This document shows positions 63,495 through 64,000 of a stretch of DNA of 64,000 nt, in pieces. Positions within the stretch are counted from its first letter, which is position 1. Each line of letters starts with the position of its first letter. The stretch covers positions 1 through 64,000 of the forward strand of contig NIVC01002605.1 of NCBI GenBank assembly GCA_002269645.1, written 5' to 3'. The notes beneath the pieces were generated by a model. The model had not been told where the DNA came from, ran no database searches, and worked only from the letters and a program-made list of their open reading frames with translations. Both the position numbers and the translations under genes were made by a program. Source of the stretch: Macrostomum lignano. Taxonomy: Eukaryota.

Positions 63495-63710
63495 CCAGCA
63501 ACTGAGGATCTGGGAGGGTGGCTCATTAACTGAGGATCTGGGAGGGTGGCTCATTAACTGAGGATCTGGGAGGCTGGCCCAGCAACTGAGGATCAGGGAG
63601 GCTGGCCCAGCAACTGAGGATCTGGGAGGCTGGCTCAGCAACTGAGGATCTGGGAAGCTGGCCCAGCAACTGAGGATCTGGGAGGCTGGCTCAGCAACTG
63701 GGCCTCAGGA
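63495..63710. repeat. Minisatellite, 28-30-bp unit
   Basis: aactgaggatctgggaggctggcccagc. Confidence 0.9.
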
Positions 63711-63880
63711 GGGCAGCCGTCTACACTGAAATATCTAGGCTCTGAGCCAGAATTCAGTACAAATAATTCCGCCGATAGCAGTGAATAATTCAAGCCAGAA
63801 CCAGGCCCTATAAACCAGATGCGGCACAGCAGACAGACTGGCGACCCAGTTCGAGGATGACTAAGAAATTTATAATTTAC

Positions 63881-64000
63881 CTTGAACGTCGCGCTCTGCC
63901 CCATCACAGCCATGCGATCGCTGCTAAAGTACAGCACCCTGTAGGAGCCGGTTCGACGACTGCCTGGCGCCACCTTTGTCAAGTCGAAGACGGCATCAAC
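63881..64000 (-). CDS. Partial exon of a gene extending beyond the window, SKICH-like beta-domain end
   Basis: Open frame VDAVFDLTKVAPGSRRTGSYRVLYFSSDRMAVMGQSATFK followed by donor gtaaat. The Y-x-x-x-Y...V-x-G-x-S-x-x-F pattern resembles the end of SKICH domains (INPP5K/CALCOCO). Confidence 0.45.

Noticed and set aside
63861-63880. 20-nt GT-AG mini-intron (a similar one lies near 58999-59018)
   Set aside because: It is far shorter than any supported intron here (the shortest is about 100 nt), and the spliced products are not recognisable.

Overview
Eukaryotic (invertebrate animal) genomic DNA with GC-rich spliced exons and AT-rich introns. The style would fit a flatworm such as Macrostomum, but that is inference only. 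Four spliced genes can be reconstructed by hand. (1) A plasma-membrane Ca2+-ATPase (PMCA/ATP2B, minus strand, 31463->756) with 13 shared exons, two alternative terminal exons and one 1-nt frameshift. (2) A divergent Q50 homeobox gene (+, 39515-41674). (3) A divergent UFD1-like gene (-, 45750->43474). (4) Cytosolic NADP-isocitrate dehydrogenase IDH1 (+, 47253-53646), also with one 1-nt frameshift. A partial minus-strand exon at the right edge looks SKICH-like. About 24 different minisatellite arrays (roughly 13-14 kb by my approximate sum) fill the introns, often right next to splice sites. Mobile DNA includes two tRNA-derived SINEs, a Tc1 relic, hAT-like and P-like MITEs, and a piggyBac derivative built from two inward-facing copies of the same end. 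There is no CRISPR array or prokaryote-type system, and most long ORFs in the track are repeat artefacts. I found no clearly new biological system. The best leads are the PMCA alternative C-terminus, the atypical homeodomain, the UFD1 paralog, the symmetric piggyBac, and MITE-seeded, splice-site-hugging minisatellites.
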